Part shown: positions 10,437 through 20,805 of the stretch, in pieces
Layout: every line of letters starts with the position of its first letter
Numbering within the stretch: the first letter of the stretch is position 1
NCBI GenBank assembly: GCA_965218295.1
Contig: CBDCKN010000013.1
Location: 480,001 to 544,000 of the forward strand
Direction: 5' to 3'
Origin: Longimicrobiales bacterium
GTDB lineage: Bacteria > Gemmatimonadota > Gemmatimonadetes > Longimicrobiales > Gaopeijiaceae
Length of the DNA: 64,000 nucleotides
Program-made: the position numbers and the translations under genes
Notes under the pieces: generated by a model
The model's input: the letters and a program-made list of their open reading frames with translations, nothing else
Told to the model about the DNA's origin: nothing
Databases searched by the model: none

Positions 10437-11510
10437 ATGAAGATCGCCAGAACGTGCCGCGCCCGGCGCGTCGCTTTCGCTGCAGCAATGCCTGCAATCC
10501 TGACAGTTCTCATCGCCTGCGAGTCCGAGGTCACCGCTCCCGAAGAGGTCTTCGAGGAGAGGATGATAGCCATCGACGCCTCGTCCCCGATCGCCCTCGC
10601 ATACGTGAATCTCGACAACGGGGCCGTGGTGACGCCCTCGGATCCGAGCACCTCCACCGACTGGCACATGGCGTTCCGGCGCTTTTCCATCCGCCTGAAC
10701 GGAGGCGTAGCGGGCCCAGGGTCGGTGGCGGGATTCAACCTCGGGAACAACGCGAGCATGTCCGCCGAGCAGGTCACGGCCATGACCGAGCAGGACGGTG
10801 TCGCCGCCTTCCAGGCCGTGACAGAAGCCGACATCCCTGCCGCGTCATCGTTCATGGAAGACGGCTTGGCGCCCGACCCCGGCGCCTCGTGGTTCCGGTT
10901 CGACTTCCGCACTGGCGGCCTCGTGGCCAATCCGGGCGTCGCATGGAAGCTGCGCGAGTCGTCCGGGCGCGGATTCGGGATCTTTCGGGTCACCGCGCTG
11001 GAAATGGAGGGCCAGCGGCCCGTCGGCGCGACGATCGAATTCCGCAGACACGCCCCGAACGGCACGCTCGGCGCCGCTGAGACGCTGTCCGCCGATCTGC
11101 GGCGCGGCCCCGTGTTCTTCAGCTTGGCCGACGGTCCCGCGATGAGCCCGGCAGGTTGCGGATGGGACCTCGGTGTGACGCCAGACCTGTCCATCGAGGT
11201 GAACGCCGACTGTGGGGCCGGCACCTTCCCGCTCGACATCACAGAGGACTTCACGGCCCTGTCGAAGGCTGACGACGCGCCCGAGTACGGAGGGTTCCTG
11301 TCGACCATCAGCGGTGCCTTCCCGGCCACGGTAAGTGACGCCAGCGGCTTCTTCTGGTACAACATCCAGGAGAACAGCCGCATGTGGCCGACCTACAACG
11401 TCTTCCTGGTGCAGGCCGACGAGCAGGTCTACAAGGTGCAGATCACCGACTACTACGACGCCAGCGGAAACTCTGGACATCCGACGCTGAGGTATCAGCG
11501 ACTGAGGTGA
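10437..11510 (+). CDS. hmuY: HmuY-family heme-binding lipoprotein
   Basis: Lipobox LIAC; WHMAFRRFSIRLNGG; C-terminal YKVQITDYY..SGHPTLRY. Confidence 0.85.
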   Translation: MKIARTCRARRVAFAAAMPAILTVLIACESEVTAPEEVFEERMIAIDASSPIALAYVNLDNGAVVTPSDPSTSTDWHMAFRRFSIRLNGGVAGPGSVAGFNLGNNASMSAEQVTAMTEQDGVAAFQAVTEADIPAASSFMEDGLAPDPGASWFRFDFRTGGLVANPGVAWKLRESSGRGFGIFRVTALEMEGQRPVGATIEFRRHAPNGTLGAAETLSADLRRGPVFFSLADGPAMSPAGCGWDLGVTPDLSIEVNADCGAGTFPLDITEDFTALSKADDAPEYGGFLSTISGAFPATVSDASGFFWYNIQENSRMWPTYNVFLVQADEQVYKVQITDYYDASGNSGHPTLRYQRLR

Positions 11511-13678
11511 CGTCCTTGTCACACGAGAAGACGGTCGCGCCGTACCGCATCGCCGCACTGGCGCTCGCCGGTGCCCTGTGGGCCGCATCGGCCTCTGCCC
11601 AGCAACAGGGGCGGGTCTACGACCGAGCGTCCGGAGTGGCCATCGCCGACGTGCGGGTGGTGTGGTCGGGGGGAGCCGGTTCCGACAGGGCGACTGCCGC
11701 CGTGGAATTCACCGATCCGCGCGGCCTGTTTCGGGCGCCGGCGTCGTGGGGACCCGAAGGCACGCTCGTGGTGTCGGCGCTTGGATACAGGGAGCGCGCG
11801 CTGGCTTGGCGGGACGCCGAGCAGGCCAACTGGCGCATCGGACTCGAACGCGACCCTCTGGCTCTCGATGGAATCGTGGTTACGGCAGGTGGACGGGCGC
11901 GTCGCCGCTCCGAAGTGGCGGTGCCGATCCAGACCGTGGAGGCCAACGCGATCCGGGCGGCGGGTGCGCCGTCCGTGGACCGTTTGCTCGGAGAACTTCC
12001 CGGGGTGCAGGTCACCGCGGGCGTGCCCACGGGTTCAAATCTCCTCATCCGGGGCATAGGCGGGTCGCGGGTGCTCGTGCTGCTGGACGGCAAGCCGGCG
12101 CCGGGTGCGCTGATCGAGAACCGCGACCTGAGCCGGATGTCGCTCGCCGGGGTGGAGCGCGTCGAGGTGGTGAAGGGGCCCCTTTCGTCGCTGTACGGTT
12201 CGGACGCGCTGGGGGGCGTGGTGAACGTCATCACTCGCGCTCCCACAGAGGGATTCCGGATCGACGGGAGGGCGCTATCCGGAGGCGCGGGACGGCGGCA
12301 GGCGGACTTGACGGTGAGCGGCGGAGGACGGCTACGCTACCGCGCCGTCGGGGCCTGGCGACAGGAGGACCAGATGCCGGGCCTGGTCGTCACCAGTGGC
12401 GAGGGATTCGCTCGGGTGTGGGACTTCCGGTCGGATGTGCGCTTCGATGCGGACGACTCCTGGGATCTCGGCGGCGGCCTCAACCTGCTGCGGGAGCGGC
12501 AGCGTTGGCCGGTCGGCGGCGGTTTCTCGGGTTTCGACGACAACACGGGAATCTCGGGCTGGCTGGAGGCACGGAGGCCCGCCGGCCCGGGCGAGTGGAC
12601 GACCACCGCGTTTGTCCAGGACTACGACCATCTCTACCGCAGCGCGCGCGGCGACGCGCCGGTCGTGAGCGAGGAGGACCAGACCCAGTGGGAGCGCGAG
12701 GCGCGTCTGGTCGCCCGGTACTCCGCCACGCTCGGACAACACCAGCTAGACATCGGGATCGAGGGGTTGCGGCGGACGATACGATCACCGAACAAGCTGA
12801 TCGAGGAGCGTGTGGGGCACAGCCAGGCCGCTCTCTTCGCACAGGACGCCTGGCGCTTGGGCCAGATGATCCTGACCGGTGGCGCGCGCCTCAGCTGGAA
12901 CAGCCGCTGGGGTTCGAACCTGTCACCGACCATAGGGCTAACACGTGCCGTCGGCGGGCAGTTGCGAGTGCGAGGCACGGTTGCGCGCGGCTTCCGGGCA
13001 CCGTCGTTCAAGGAGTTGACCTGGCATTTCGTGAATCTGGGCGCGGGATACGTCCTCCAGGGGTCCCCTGACCTCTTGCCGGAACGCTCATGGAACGTCT
13101 CGGGCGGGCTGGAATGGAGCCCGCGTCCGCAGGTGCGGATCGATGTCGAAGCCTATTCCAATCGGGTCGATGATCTGATCGAACCCGGGTTTGTGGGCAA
13201 CACCCCCAGCGGACTCCTGATCTATTCGCCCCGCAACGTGTCGGATTTGACGACGCGGGGCCTGGAAGTGAGCGTGCATGCAGTCTCGAGCAGGGGCGAC
13301 ATCGTGGCCGGATACGCTTACCTGGACGCGCGCTCACCGGACTCGGATACACCGCTCGACCGGCGCCCGAAGCACTCGGCGCGCGTGCGCGGATCCTGGG
13401 CCGTGACGGTGCCGACGACGATGAGGTTCGACGTCACCGCTCACTATACCGGCCAAGCCCCTGTCCTTGGGGCCGCACGGGGCGGACAGATTTCCCAGAC
13501 CGGCATTCAGGAGCGCTTCGCCGCGGTCGACCTGCAGTGGTCGGCCGACGTTTGGCCGAACCTCGAAGTGATCACCGGCGTCGACAACGTCTTCGATGCC
13601 CGCCCCGGCGGATGGCATGGGCTGATCGAGCGCAGGTACCGTGTCAGCGTCGCGGTGAAAGAGTTGTTCGGAAGCTGA
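11507..13678 (+). CDS. TonB-dependent receptor
   Basis: Plug motif RVEVVKGPLSSLYGSDALGGVVNVIT, GFRAPS, GVDNVFD; GTGA overlap with hmuY. Confidence 0.95.
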   Translation: MTSLSHEKTVAPYRIAALALAGALWAASASAQQQGRVYDRASGVAIADVRVVWSGGAGSDRATAAVEFTDPRGLFRAPASWGPEGTLVVSALGYRERALAWRDAEQANWRIGLERDPLALDGIVVTAGGRARRRSEVAVPIQTVEANAIRAAGAPSVDRLLGELPGVQVTAGVPTGSNLLIRGIGGSRVLVLLDGKPAPGALIENRDLSRMSLAGVERVEVVKGPLSSLYGSDALGGVVNVITRAPTEGFRIDGRALSGGAGRRQADLTVSGGGRLRYRAVGAWRQEDQMPGLVVTSGEGFARVWDFRSDVRFDADDSWDLGGGLNLLRERQRWPVGGGFSGFDDNTGISGWLEARRPAGPGEWTTTAFVQDYDHLYRSARGDAPVVSEEDQTQWEREARLVARYSATLGQHQLDIGIEGLRRTIRSPNKLIEERVGHSQAALFAQDAWRLGQMILTGGARLSWNSRWGSNLSPTIGLTRAVGGQLRVRGTVARGFRAPSFKELTWHFVNLGAGYVLQGSPDLLPERSWNVSGGLEWSPRPQVRIDVEAYSNRVDDLIEPGFVGNTPSGLLIYSPRNVSDLTTRGLEVSVHAVSSRGDIVAGYAYLDARSPDSDTPLDRRPKHSARVRGSWAVTVPTTMRFDVTAHYTGQAPVLGAARGGQISQTGIQERFAAVDLQWSADVWPNLEVITGVDNVFDARPGGWHGLIERRYRVSVAVKELFGS

Positions 13679-13933
13679 GGTGATGTAAACGCTAGTCCCT
13701 GGAACACCACGCCGGTGGCGGGCGTGAAGCACCGTCTTGGCACATCGCGATGCCGCCGGGAGGGGGCGTCCACTCCATCGGTTACGTCCGCTGCGATCCC
13801 ATTTGATCCGACGAAATCCGGCTCATTTTTGCATTAGGTATAACTCATTGCAACATATCAGTTTACGATCATCTTGGATAGTCCTAGTTGAACTTAGACG
13901 ATTTCTTGCCTTGCATCACGTCATCTGTACTCT

Positions 13934-15007
13934 GCCGAGGCGGCTGGCGATGAGCTCGGGCACGATCACACTCCGACGCCCTCGAGTTCGAGGCCTTGAG
14001 GAGCGGTTCGAGAGCCGCGTGCTGCCGTTGTTCGCGAGGCGGACGAAGGAGCTGGGCGCTCTGCTTCCGGAGCTGTATCTGCACGGACTGGCGGAGGGAG
14101 ACTTCGAGTTGGCGATGCGGGGCCTGCTGGGCGAGGGGGCACCGCTGTCGAAGTCTTCGATTCGGCGGCTGCGGGCGGGATGGACGGCGGAGTTCGAGGA
14201 ATGGAGCCAGCGTCGCCTGGAGGGTCGTGAGGTCGTCTACGTGTGGGCGGACGGGATCTATGTGAAGGCAGGGCTGGAGCGGGACAAAGCGGCGCTGCTG
14301 GTGGTGCTGGGTGCCATGCGAGACGGGACGAAAGAGGTGTTGGCCCTGAGAGCGGGCTACCGAGAGTCGGTCGAGTCCTGGTCCGAGGTGTTGCGGGACC
14401 TGAAGGCACGCGGCATCGAGGCGCCCCGGCTTCTGATGGCGGACGGTAACGCTGCGATCTGGGGCGCAGTACGGCAGGTATGGCCTGAGGCGGGTGAGCA
14501 ACGGTGCTGGAACCACAAGATGAGGAACGTGCTGGACCGACTACCTCAGCGGGAGCAGGGCGAGGCGAAGGATCTTCTCCGGGCCGTGGTCTACGCACCG
14601 AGCCGGGCCGAGGCCCTGAAGGCCCGCGAGGTGTTCGCCCGACGCTATAGGCCGTGGTATCCGAAAGCAGTGGACGTACTCGAGGACGACTGGGAGCGGA
14701 TGGTAGCGTTCTACGACTTCCCCGAGGACCACTGGAAGCATCTACGCACGACGAACGTGGTCGAGAGCCCGTTCGCCGCGGTACGGCTCAGGACGACAGC
14801 AGCGAAGCGGTTCAAGCGGGTCGAGAGCGCTACGGCGCTAATCTGGAAGTTGCTCTTGGTGGCTGAGAAGCGGTTCCGAAGGCTCGACGCTCCTCACCTC
14901 CTCAAGGACGTATTTGAAGGAAGAAAGTTCGAAGACGGAAAGCCCGTCTCACACCAACAGCGGAAGAACGCCGCCTAATACGTTTACACACCTATTGACC
15001 CAACCTC
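13934..15007 (+). mobile_element. IS256 copy truncated at its left end
   Basis: Matches the intact copy from GCCGAGGCGG to the right IR, followed by TTATCCGA. Confidence 0.93.
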
Positions 15008-15732
15008 TTATCCGACGCCAGCAGGGTCTTGTCGTAAGTAAAGTCGTCTTCCCCTGGTACGACAAACAACCTTACGGGCATTGGGCGCTCCTCGTCATTG
15101 AGCGCCACGCGACTGCCTGAGTCTGTTTCGTTGCCGGCCTTGTCCGATGCCGTTGCCGAGAACGTGTGGTAACCTACGGCCGGCGTGGTAATTACTGTAG
15201 TGAATCGGGTTGGGTCAGTGTCGTTGTTTGGAGTGACCACAAACTCGCCGGCTTCGGGATTGTCGGCGTCTTCCGCTTCGTCCACATCCTCCGTCCCATC
15301 CGCATCACGGACTTCAATGCTCGCATCGATGGGATCAGACGCGAGCCCCGATCCGCCATCCGTCACATGCAGCACCCAGCCGGTCCCCAGCGTTGTGGCC
15401 TTGTCCTTCGGACCGCCAGCCGTGAACTCCACTGCCGGCGGCGTTATATCCACACCAACCAGGAGTCCCGCGTTTTTGAGCGCGTCTGCTGCACCTTCCT
15501 CAGGCGCATCGGCTGCGGCGGCCTCAAGCAACGCCCTGTAGCCGGTGGCCATTGTTTCGTCTTCCGAAGTATTTGGGTCATCTACCTCCGCACTAGCCCT
15601 CCCGGCCATTATGCAGGTGCCGGCGACGGTGGCGTGGTCTTCTGCATTCGGCGGAGCAGACTGGTTGCCGAGGCGGTCAACGGCGGAGGCTACGACGCAG
15701 TAAGCGTTCCCCTTCGACTCCCCAGGGCCCAA
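15008..15732 (-). pseudogene. Fragment of a paralog of the 1323-aa surface protein, cut by IS256
   Basis: AYCVVASAVDRLGNQS, GVDITPP and ATASDKAGN align with the C-terminal half of 15951-19922. Confidence 0.85.
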
Positions 15733-15864
15733 GGGCCAGGGCCAGGGCGGTTCCTCCTAAATCGACCTGGCGCACGTACACACCCAGGGGCCGCAAACGC
15801 CACAGCGATGAGGGGGCCAGGAAGGCCGCCAATCACAGATTTCGCATGCCCCATGCTTTGGTCG

Positions 15865-15900
15865 AACAGAAGGAGGGCCCGACCTTGCGGCCGGACCCTC
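15865..15900 (-). terminator. Rho-independent terminator after the surface protein gene
   Basis: 12-bp stem, GCAA loop, pyrimidine tail; also present at 55788-55823. Confidence 0.75.
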
Positions 15901-15950
15901 CCCTGAACTTCCTCCTTCGAAGTGCTTAAGACTCGATGCTCTGAGCCCTA

Positions 15951-18900
15951 CTAGTCCTCTTGCGGATCGATGGCCAGATCCACCCCATCTGCCACCAAGG
16001 CCAGAGTACCATCGTCGTTCACACCGAAAGCGAAGACGGTACCGTCGATGTCGGTGTCAGCGTCAGGGGTGAAGGCATCTTCAACAAGTGTGAAGAGGTC
16101 ATTCCCCGTAACGTCAAGTTCATACGTCCACGTACGGGTAGTGACGCCGCCGGTGGTGGTGCTCGAAGAAGCCGCGCCTATATCTGAATCGATCAGCCGT
16201 AGATCACCACCCGATGTACCCACCCTGTAGTAGAAGTCCACGCGGGAGAATGGGTTCGCGAATGTTGACGCGGTCTTACTCGCCACAGCCTCCAAAGTGA
16301 TGCTCTCATCGGTGCCCATCTCGCAGTCATCGCCACCGTCCTCAATGCCCTCCGCGCAGATGACAGGTTCGTCGCCTGTACTAGCTACGAACCTGAAATC
16401 ATCCACGGTGAAATCTTCGATGTCAGTCACTGTGGGAGCTGCGGTTGCCAATCCACCCTCGGTGTTATAAGCACCCGTCTGATCACGCGCCTTCAGATTC
16501 ACGCTATTAAGGTTGGTCGCGGTCGAAGCAACCGCACCATCGGCATTAGTCGCGGCCTGCAATCGCAGGACCGTAGTGATCGGCGTGTTGACGACGTAAT
16601 TCGTGTGGGTCAAGTCGTCGGCATTGAACTCGTCGACCACTGTGTGCGCGCTACCCAGTCTCACCATAGGACTGGTGATACCGGCCACCGTGGCGGAGAA
16701 CCCTACAGTCCAGTAGTAGTCCCTGATCGACAGGTCGTCGCTCAGGAAGGCGGAAGCCGCGAACGAATTGGTGTTGATCGTTGCCGGGATAGACGGGCTT
16801 CCCACTGTCGCCCCCATGTTGTCCCGAACGACCGTGCGGCTTATTGGCTCCGAAGAGTTCCCCGCCTTGTCTACTGCGGAGGCCGTCAGTGTGTAGTAGG
16901 CCGCATCTGTTAGATCCGCCAGATTCATCGTACTGGTGCCAGAGATCCAGACGTTATCCACCGTGGCAGTGGTTTCTTCTGGGTCTTCTGCTGGGAGATC
17001 CGCCTCATCGTCATCGGAGCGCGATCGAACTCGTAGATTAGCACTGACCGGCCCATTCGTGCGTGCACCGGAGTTCCCTATGGAGCCGCCATCGGACACC
17101 GACATCGTGAATTCTCCGGCAACTGTCACGGTGGTAATTCTTGCCTTTTCTTCCAGGCCGCCGTCGAACTCAATCTCCGGCGCGGTTATGTCCACGCCAG
17201 CCCTGAGCGCCACTGGCATCGCCACGGTTGCTAGTGCGGCGATTTCCTCTGCCTTTTCTTCGTCGGTTCCGGATCCGGTGTTAATCTCATCGACTGCGGT
17301 CTGGTAATCATCGACTGCGGTCTCGTAAGCTGCGGCGGTCATGCACTCAGCCTCTTCCTCCGGCAGCGCAGACTCGTTACCAAGGAGGTCCGTGGCGGAC
17401 GCGATGAAGCAGTAGGCGTCAGCCATAGACGGACCTGGCAATGCTGAGGAACGACTTGCTTCCAGTGCCGCATCTACGGTTGCGGGCTTAGTTGAAGAGG
17501 ATCTCAACCAAGCGGTGTACCCACCCCCGCCTCCGCCTGCGGCACCGTAAGTAAGCCACCCATCTTCGTTATCATCCGCATTGTACTCATCCGTCAGGTC
17601 AACCCCGTCATTGATCCAGCCCTCCTCGCGGCCGTTGACGTTCGGGTTGAACATCGGTGCGGTTGGGCCTTTATAGTCCAGCTGGACCGAGAAGACTTCG
17701 TCGCCTGCATTTAGAGTCTCTACCTTTGCAGCCCCTATGCTGAAGATATCGATGTCAACTGGTCCTTCGTACCCATCACAGTTCGGAGAAAAGTCGTATG
17801 GAGCCGCGTCAGCAGAGGCAGCCTTACTATCTGGCCCACAGAATCCCGCCCCCAGCGTCACCGACGCGACGGAGCGTCCCGAGTACACGACTGGAAACGC
17901 CGTAAGGTCGAACCCGGCACCTGGGCCACCATACCAATATCCGCCGTCCTCGCCTAACACGGGCAGCCTAGTCAGACCATTCACAGCCACGTGCACGCCG
18001 TCCGTGTTCGCGAATTCGACCTCCATCCGGTTCGAAAAGACTTCCTCCGTGCTGCCCGAGACCGTGAGTCCCGCCACTATGTTGTAGGGGCCGTTCGGGT
18101 AAGCCGGGTCTCCCGTTACCGGATCGTATTCGTCCGTGTCGAACCCTAGGGTGAATTCGAATACCTGCTGCTGCTGCTGCTGCGCCGCCTGAGCCTCCTT
18201 CTCGGCGGGCTCGGCGGGCGCGGGTGCGAGGCCGAAGGGCTGGGTGGCCACGACCTCACCATCCACGTAGAGGCTCAACTGTTCGAACCTCTGCTCGCCT
18301 CGCTCTACAGAGACCTTCACGGTGAGGCGGCCCGTATCATCATCGTCGGACTCGAAGCTAACGTCGCTAATGAGGACAAACGCCTCGTCGGCCTCGGCGT
18401 CCTCGGCCTCGGCCTTGAATGAGGCGTTGGCGATCTCGCCCGCGACCACGGTTACGGGACGTGAGGTGACGGTGAACTCATGGTCGCCGAAGTCCGAAAT
18501 CGTCACCGTGTAGTCGCCGGCCTCTACTTCGGGCAACTCGTAGTCACCTTCCGTGTCGGAGGTACCAGACACGGTCACACCGTCCTCACCCTCACCCGTA
18601 CCGACGGCGGTCACCGTCGCCACGACGCCCTCACCTCCGGCCGTGACGACTTCACCACTGATGCTCCCCGTCGTGACTTCGGGCTCGGGCGGCTCGGCCT
18701 CGGCCTCGGCCTCGAATGAGGCATTGGCGATCTCGCCCGCGACCACGGTTACGGGACGTGAGGTGACGGTGAACTCATGGTCGCCGAAGTCCGAAATCGT
18801 CACCGTGTAGTCGCCGGCCTCTACTTCGGGCAACTCGTAGTCACCTTCCGTGTCGGAGGTACCAGACACGGTCACACCGTCCTCACCCTCACCCGTACCG

Positions 18901-19922
18901 ACGGCGGTCACCGTCGCCACGACGCCCTCACCTCCGGCGGTGAGGACGGTACCGCTGATGCTCCCCGTCGTGACTTCGGGCTCGGGCGGCTCGGCCTCGG
19001 CCTCGGCCTCGAATGAGGCGTTGGCGATCTCGCCCGCGACCACGGTTACGGGACGTGAGGTGACGGTGAACTCATGGTCGCCGAAGTCCGAAATCGTCAC
19101 CGTGTAGTCGCCGGCCTCTACTTCGGGCAACTCGTAGTCACCTTCCGTGTCGGAGGTACCAGACACGGTCACACCGTCCTCACCCGTACCGACGGCGGTC
19201 ACCGTCGCCACGACGCCCTCACCTCCGGCGGTGAGGACGGTACCGCTGATGCTCCCCGTCGTGACTTCGGGCTCGGGCACGGCCTCGGCGGTGAACGCGA
19301 CGGGGGGGGCACTCTGGCCCACACCCACGGTTACGTCACGTGAGGTGACGGTGAACTCATGGTCGCCGAAGTCCGAAATCGTCACGTGGTAGGTGCCGGC
19401 ACGCAGGCCGGGCAGGATGAAGTCACCGTCCGTGCCGGAGGTGCCGATCACCGCCTCCTCACTCATGAGCATGCCCCCACCGGTGGCGGTCACCGTCGCC
19501 ACGACGCCCTCACCTCCGGCGGTGAGGACGGTACCGCTGATGTCCGACGTGCGGATGTAGTTTCCGCTGAAGTCGGCGGTGGCCGTCTGGCCACTCGTGG
19601 TGATGGTCACGACCTTGGCCGTCTCGACGAAGGCCACTTCGGCGGGAGCACCGCTGATCTGTACACCGTGCGTCCCAGCGGGGACGTTGTCGAACGAGTA
19701 GCCACCGCTACTTCCCGTCGTTTCCGACTGCGGACCGGAGCCCACCAGGTTGACGCTCACTCCCGGCAACCCAGAACCCTCGACGGACACCGTGCCACTC
19801 ACGGTTCCGACGATGGGCGCCGGCGCGACCGGCGTCACGGGGGTGCCTCCGTCGTCGTCATCGCAAGCGACCACCAAGGCACCTGTGAGTAACGCGACAG
19901 TTGCGAATCGAAGCAACTTCAT
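15951..19922 (-). CDS. Large acidic surface lipoprotein with carboxypeptidase-regulatory-like/Ig-like repeats
   Basis: Lipobox LVVAC; ~99-aa repeats GSISGTV..GDYTVTIS; DKAGN motifs; RBS GGGAGG. Confidence 0.88.
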   Translation of the reverse strand: MKLLRFATVALLTGALVVACDDDDGGTPVTPVAPAPIVGTVSGTVSVEGSGLPGVSVNLVGSGPQSETTGSSGGYSFDNVPAGTHGVQISGAPAEVAFVETAKVVTITTSGQTATADFSGNYIRTSDISGTVLTAGGEGVVATVTATGGGMLMSEEAVIGTSGTDGDFILPGLRAGTYHVTISDFGDHEFTVTSRDVTVGVGQSAPPVAFTAEAVPEPEVTTGSISGTVLTAGGEGVVATVTAVGTGEDGVTVSGTSDTEGDYELPEVEAGDYTVTISDFGDHEFTVTSRPVTVVAGEIANASFEAEAEAEPPEPEVTTGSISGTVLTAGGEGVVATVTAVGTGEGEDGVTVSGTSDTEGDYELPEVEAGDYTVTISDFGDHEFTVTSRPVTVVAGEIANASFEAEAEAEPPEPEVTTGSISGEVVTAGGEGVVATVTAVGTGEGEDGVTVSGTSDTEGDYELPEVEAGDYTVTISDFGDHEFTVTSRPVTVVAGEIANASFKAEAEDAEADEAFVLISDVSFESDDDDTGRLTVKVSVERGEQRFEQLSLYVDGEVVATQPFGLAPAPAEPAEKEAQAAQQQQQQVFEFTLGFDTDEYDPVTGDPAYPNGPYNIVAGLTVSGSTEEVFSNRMEVEFANTDGVHVAVNGLTRLPVLGEDGGYWYGGPGAGFDLTAFPVVYSGRSVASVTLGAGFCGPDSKAASADAAPYDFSPNCDGYEGPVDIDIFSIGAAKVETLNAGDEVFSVQLDYKGPTAPMFNPNVNGREEGWINDGVDLTDEYNADDNEDGWLTYGAAGGGGGGYTAWLRSSSTKPATVDAALEASRSSALPGPSMADAYCFIASATDLLGNESALPEEEAECMTAAAYETAVDDYQTAVDEINTGSGTDEEKAEEIAALATVAMPVALRAGVDITAPEIEFDGGLEEKARITTVTVAGEFTMSVSDGGSIGNSGARTNGPVSANLRVRSRSDDDEADLPAEDPEETTATVDNVWISGTSTMNLADLTDAAYYTLTASAVDKAGNSSEPISRTVVRDNMGATVGSPSIPATINTNSFAASAFLSDDLSIRDYYWTVGFSATVAGITSPMVRLGSAHTVVDEFNADDLTHTNYVVNTPITTVLRLQAATNADGAVASTATNLNSVNLKARDQTGAYNTEGGLATAAPTVTDIEDFTVDDFRFVASTGDEPVICAEGIEDGGDDCEMGTDESITLEAVASKTASTFANPFSRVDFYYRVGTSGGDLRLIDSDIGAASSSTTTGGVTTRTWTYELDVTGNDLFTLVEDAFTPDADTDIDGTVFAFGVNDDGTLALVADGVDLAIDPQED
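18415..19545 (-). repeat. Intragenic tandem repeats of ~291-297 bp (three near-identical units plus one diverged unit)
   Basis: Recurrent GTGAACTCATGGTCGCCGAAGTCCGAAATCGTCAC. Confidence 0.9.
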
Positions 19923-20139
19923 GGCAGCCCCTCCCTGATTTAGATCAAAAATGCGCTCGACTCCACTTCAGAGTGCGCGTAGCGCGAGAATCGACAATGA
20001 CCTACAGAGGCAAGAATGGGGCCAAGCGGTTTGAGCCGGGTTTCCTAAGCCTGCAACCCCTATAACCTCTGGTAACCTCTGGATTTCTGAGGGTCGGCGC
20101 CGGATTTCTGAAGGGAAAGCTCTCGGCGTCCGCCCGGTC

Positions 20140-20637
20140 GTGCGGGACTGGCTCCCCTTCAAGCTCTGGGGCGGAGCCTCCGAGGACGCCGGACTCGAGG
20201 ATCTGGTCGTGATCGAAGTGCAGCTCCCCCCCGGATCGGCGCACGGTCCCGTGATCGACCGCCGCGAGCTCGCCCGGCTGGGGGTGCACTCGGCACCGCG
20301 CTTCCGGGCCTACATCGCGGCGCACTCTGTCTCCTGGCGGCCGGGGCGGACGCGAGTGGTGGTGCCTCGCTCCGGAGGGCGGCGGGCCTGGTCGGCCGAC
20401 GCCACCTCCTACCCGATCCTGACGGCTAAGGACCGGCGGCGGCTGGCGTTCGGCGACGACGACAAGGGGCACCGGACACGAGCTCAACAGGACGCCGCAT
20501 GGGAGGACCTGCCGGGGGTCGAGATCCTCACGCGGCAGGCCGCGACTCCGGACGGCCAGGGCGGCTGGCTGATCGTCCCCGAGGAAGCGGCGGCAGCGAT
20601 CCGCAAGGGCGAGCCACCGAGGGAGGAGACCGAGTGA
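20140..20637 (+). pseudogene. C-terminal part of an uncharacterised gene (candidate replication initiator)
   Basis: Homologous to the 3' end of 25829-26790 (QDAAWEDL.GVEILTR..GWLIVPE); 5' end lost at the duplication junction. Confidence 0.6.
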
Positions 20638-20678
20638 CGATCGCGATGGTCGACGGCGAGGCCACAAACCTGGAGGAG

Positions 20679-20805
20679 GGCGCTAACCATAGAACCAGAG
20701 GGCGCTAACCATAGAACCAGAAGGCGCTAACCATAGAACCAGAGGGCGCTAACCATAGAACCAGAAGGCGCTAACCATAGAACCAGAGGGCGCTAACCAT
20801 AGAAC
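20679..20805 (+). repeat. 22-bp tandem array GGCGCTAACCATAGAACCAGA(G/A), five full copies plus one partial; iteron-like
   Basis: Units start at 20679, 20701, 20723, 20745, 20767 and 20789; no spacers. Confidence 0.92.

Larger units (their letters stand above)
2857..13894. mobile_element. Putative integrative mobilizable element bounded by the 15-bp direct repeat AGTCCTAGTTGAACT
   Basis: Repeat at 2857-2871 and 13880-13894. Integrase lies at the left end; oriT/mob and cargo genes lie inside. Confidence 0.6.
13934..20140 (+). repeat. 6.2 kb near-identical duplication, copy A (copy B 53858-60063)
   Basis: Identical ORF sets at offset 39923/39924; the sequences diverge after CGCCCGGTCG. Confidence 0.95.

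Noticed and set aside
13737..14978. Full-length 413-aa transposase with a novel N-terminus
   Set aside because: A chance in-frame fusion of att-region DNA to a truncated IS256.
18165..18183. (CAG)n poly-Gln tract as a phase-variation switch
   Set aside because: A short triplet repeat keeps the frame and is the same length in both copies.
20679..20805. Possible CRISPR array
   Set aside because: The repeats are contiguous with no unique spacers, and no cas genes are present.
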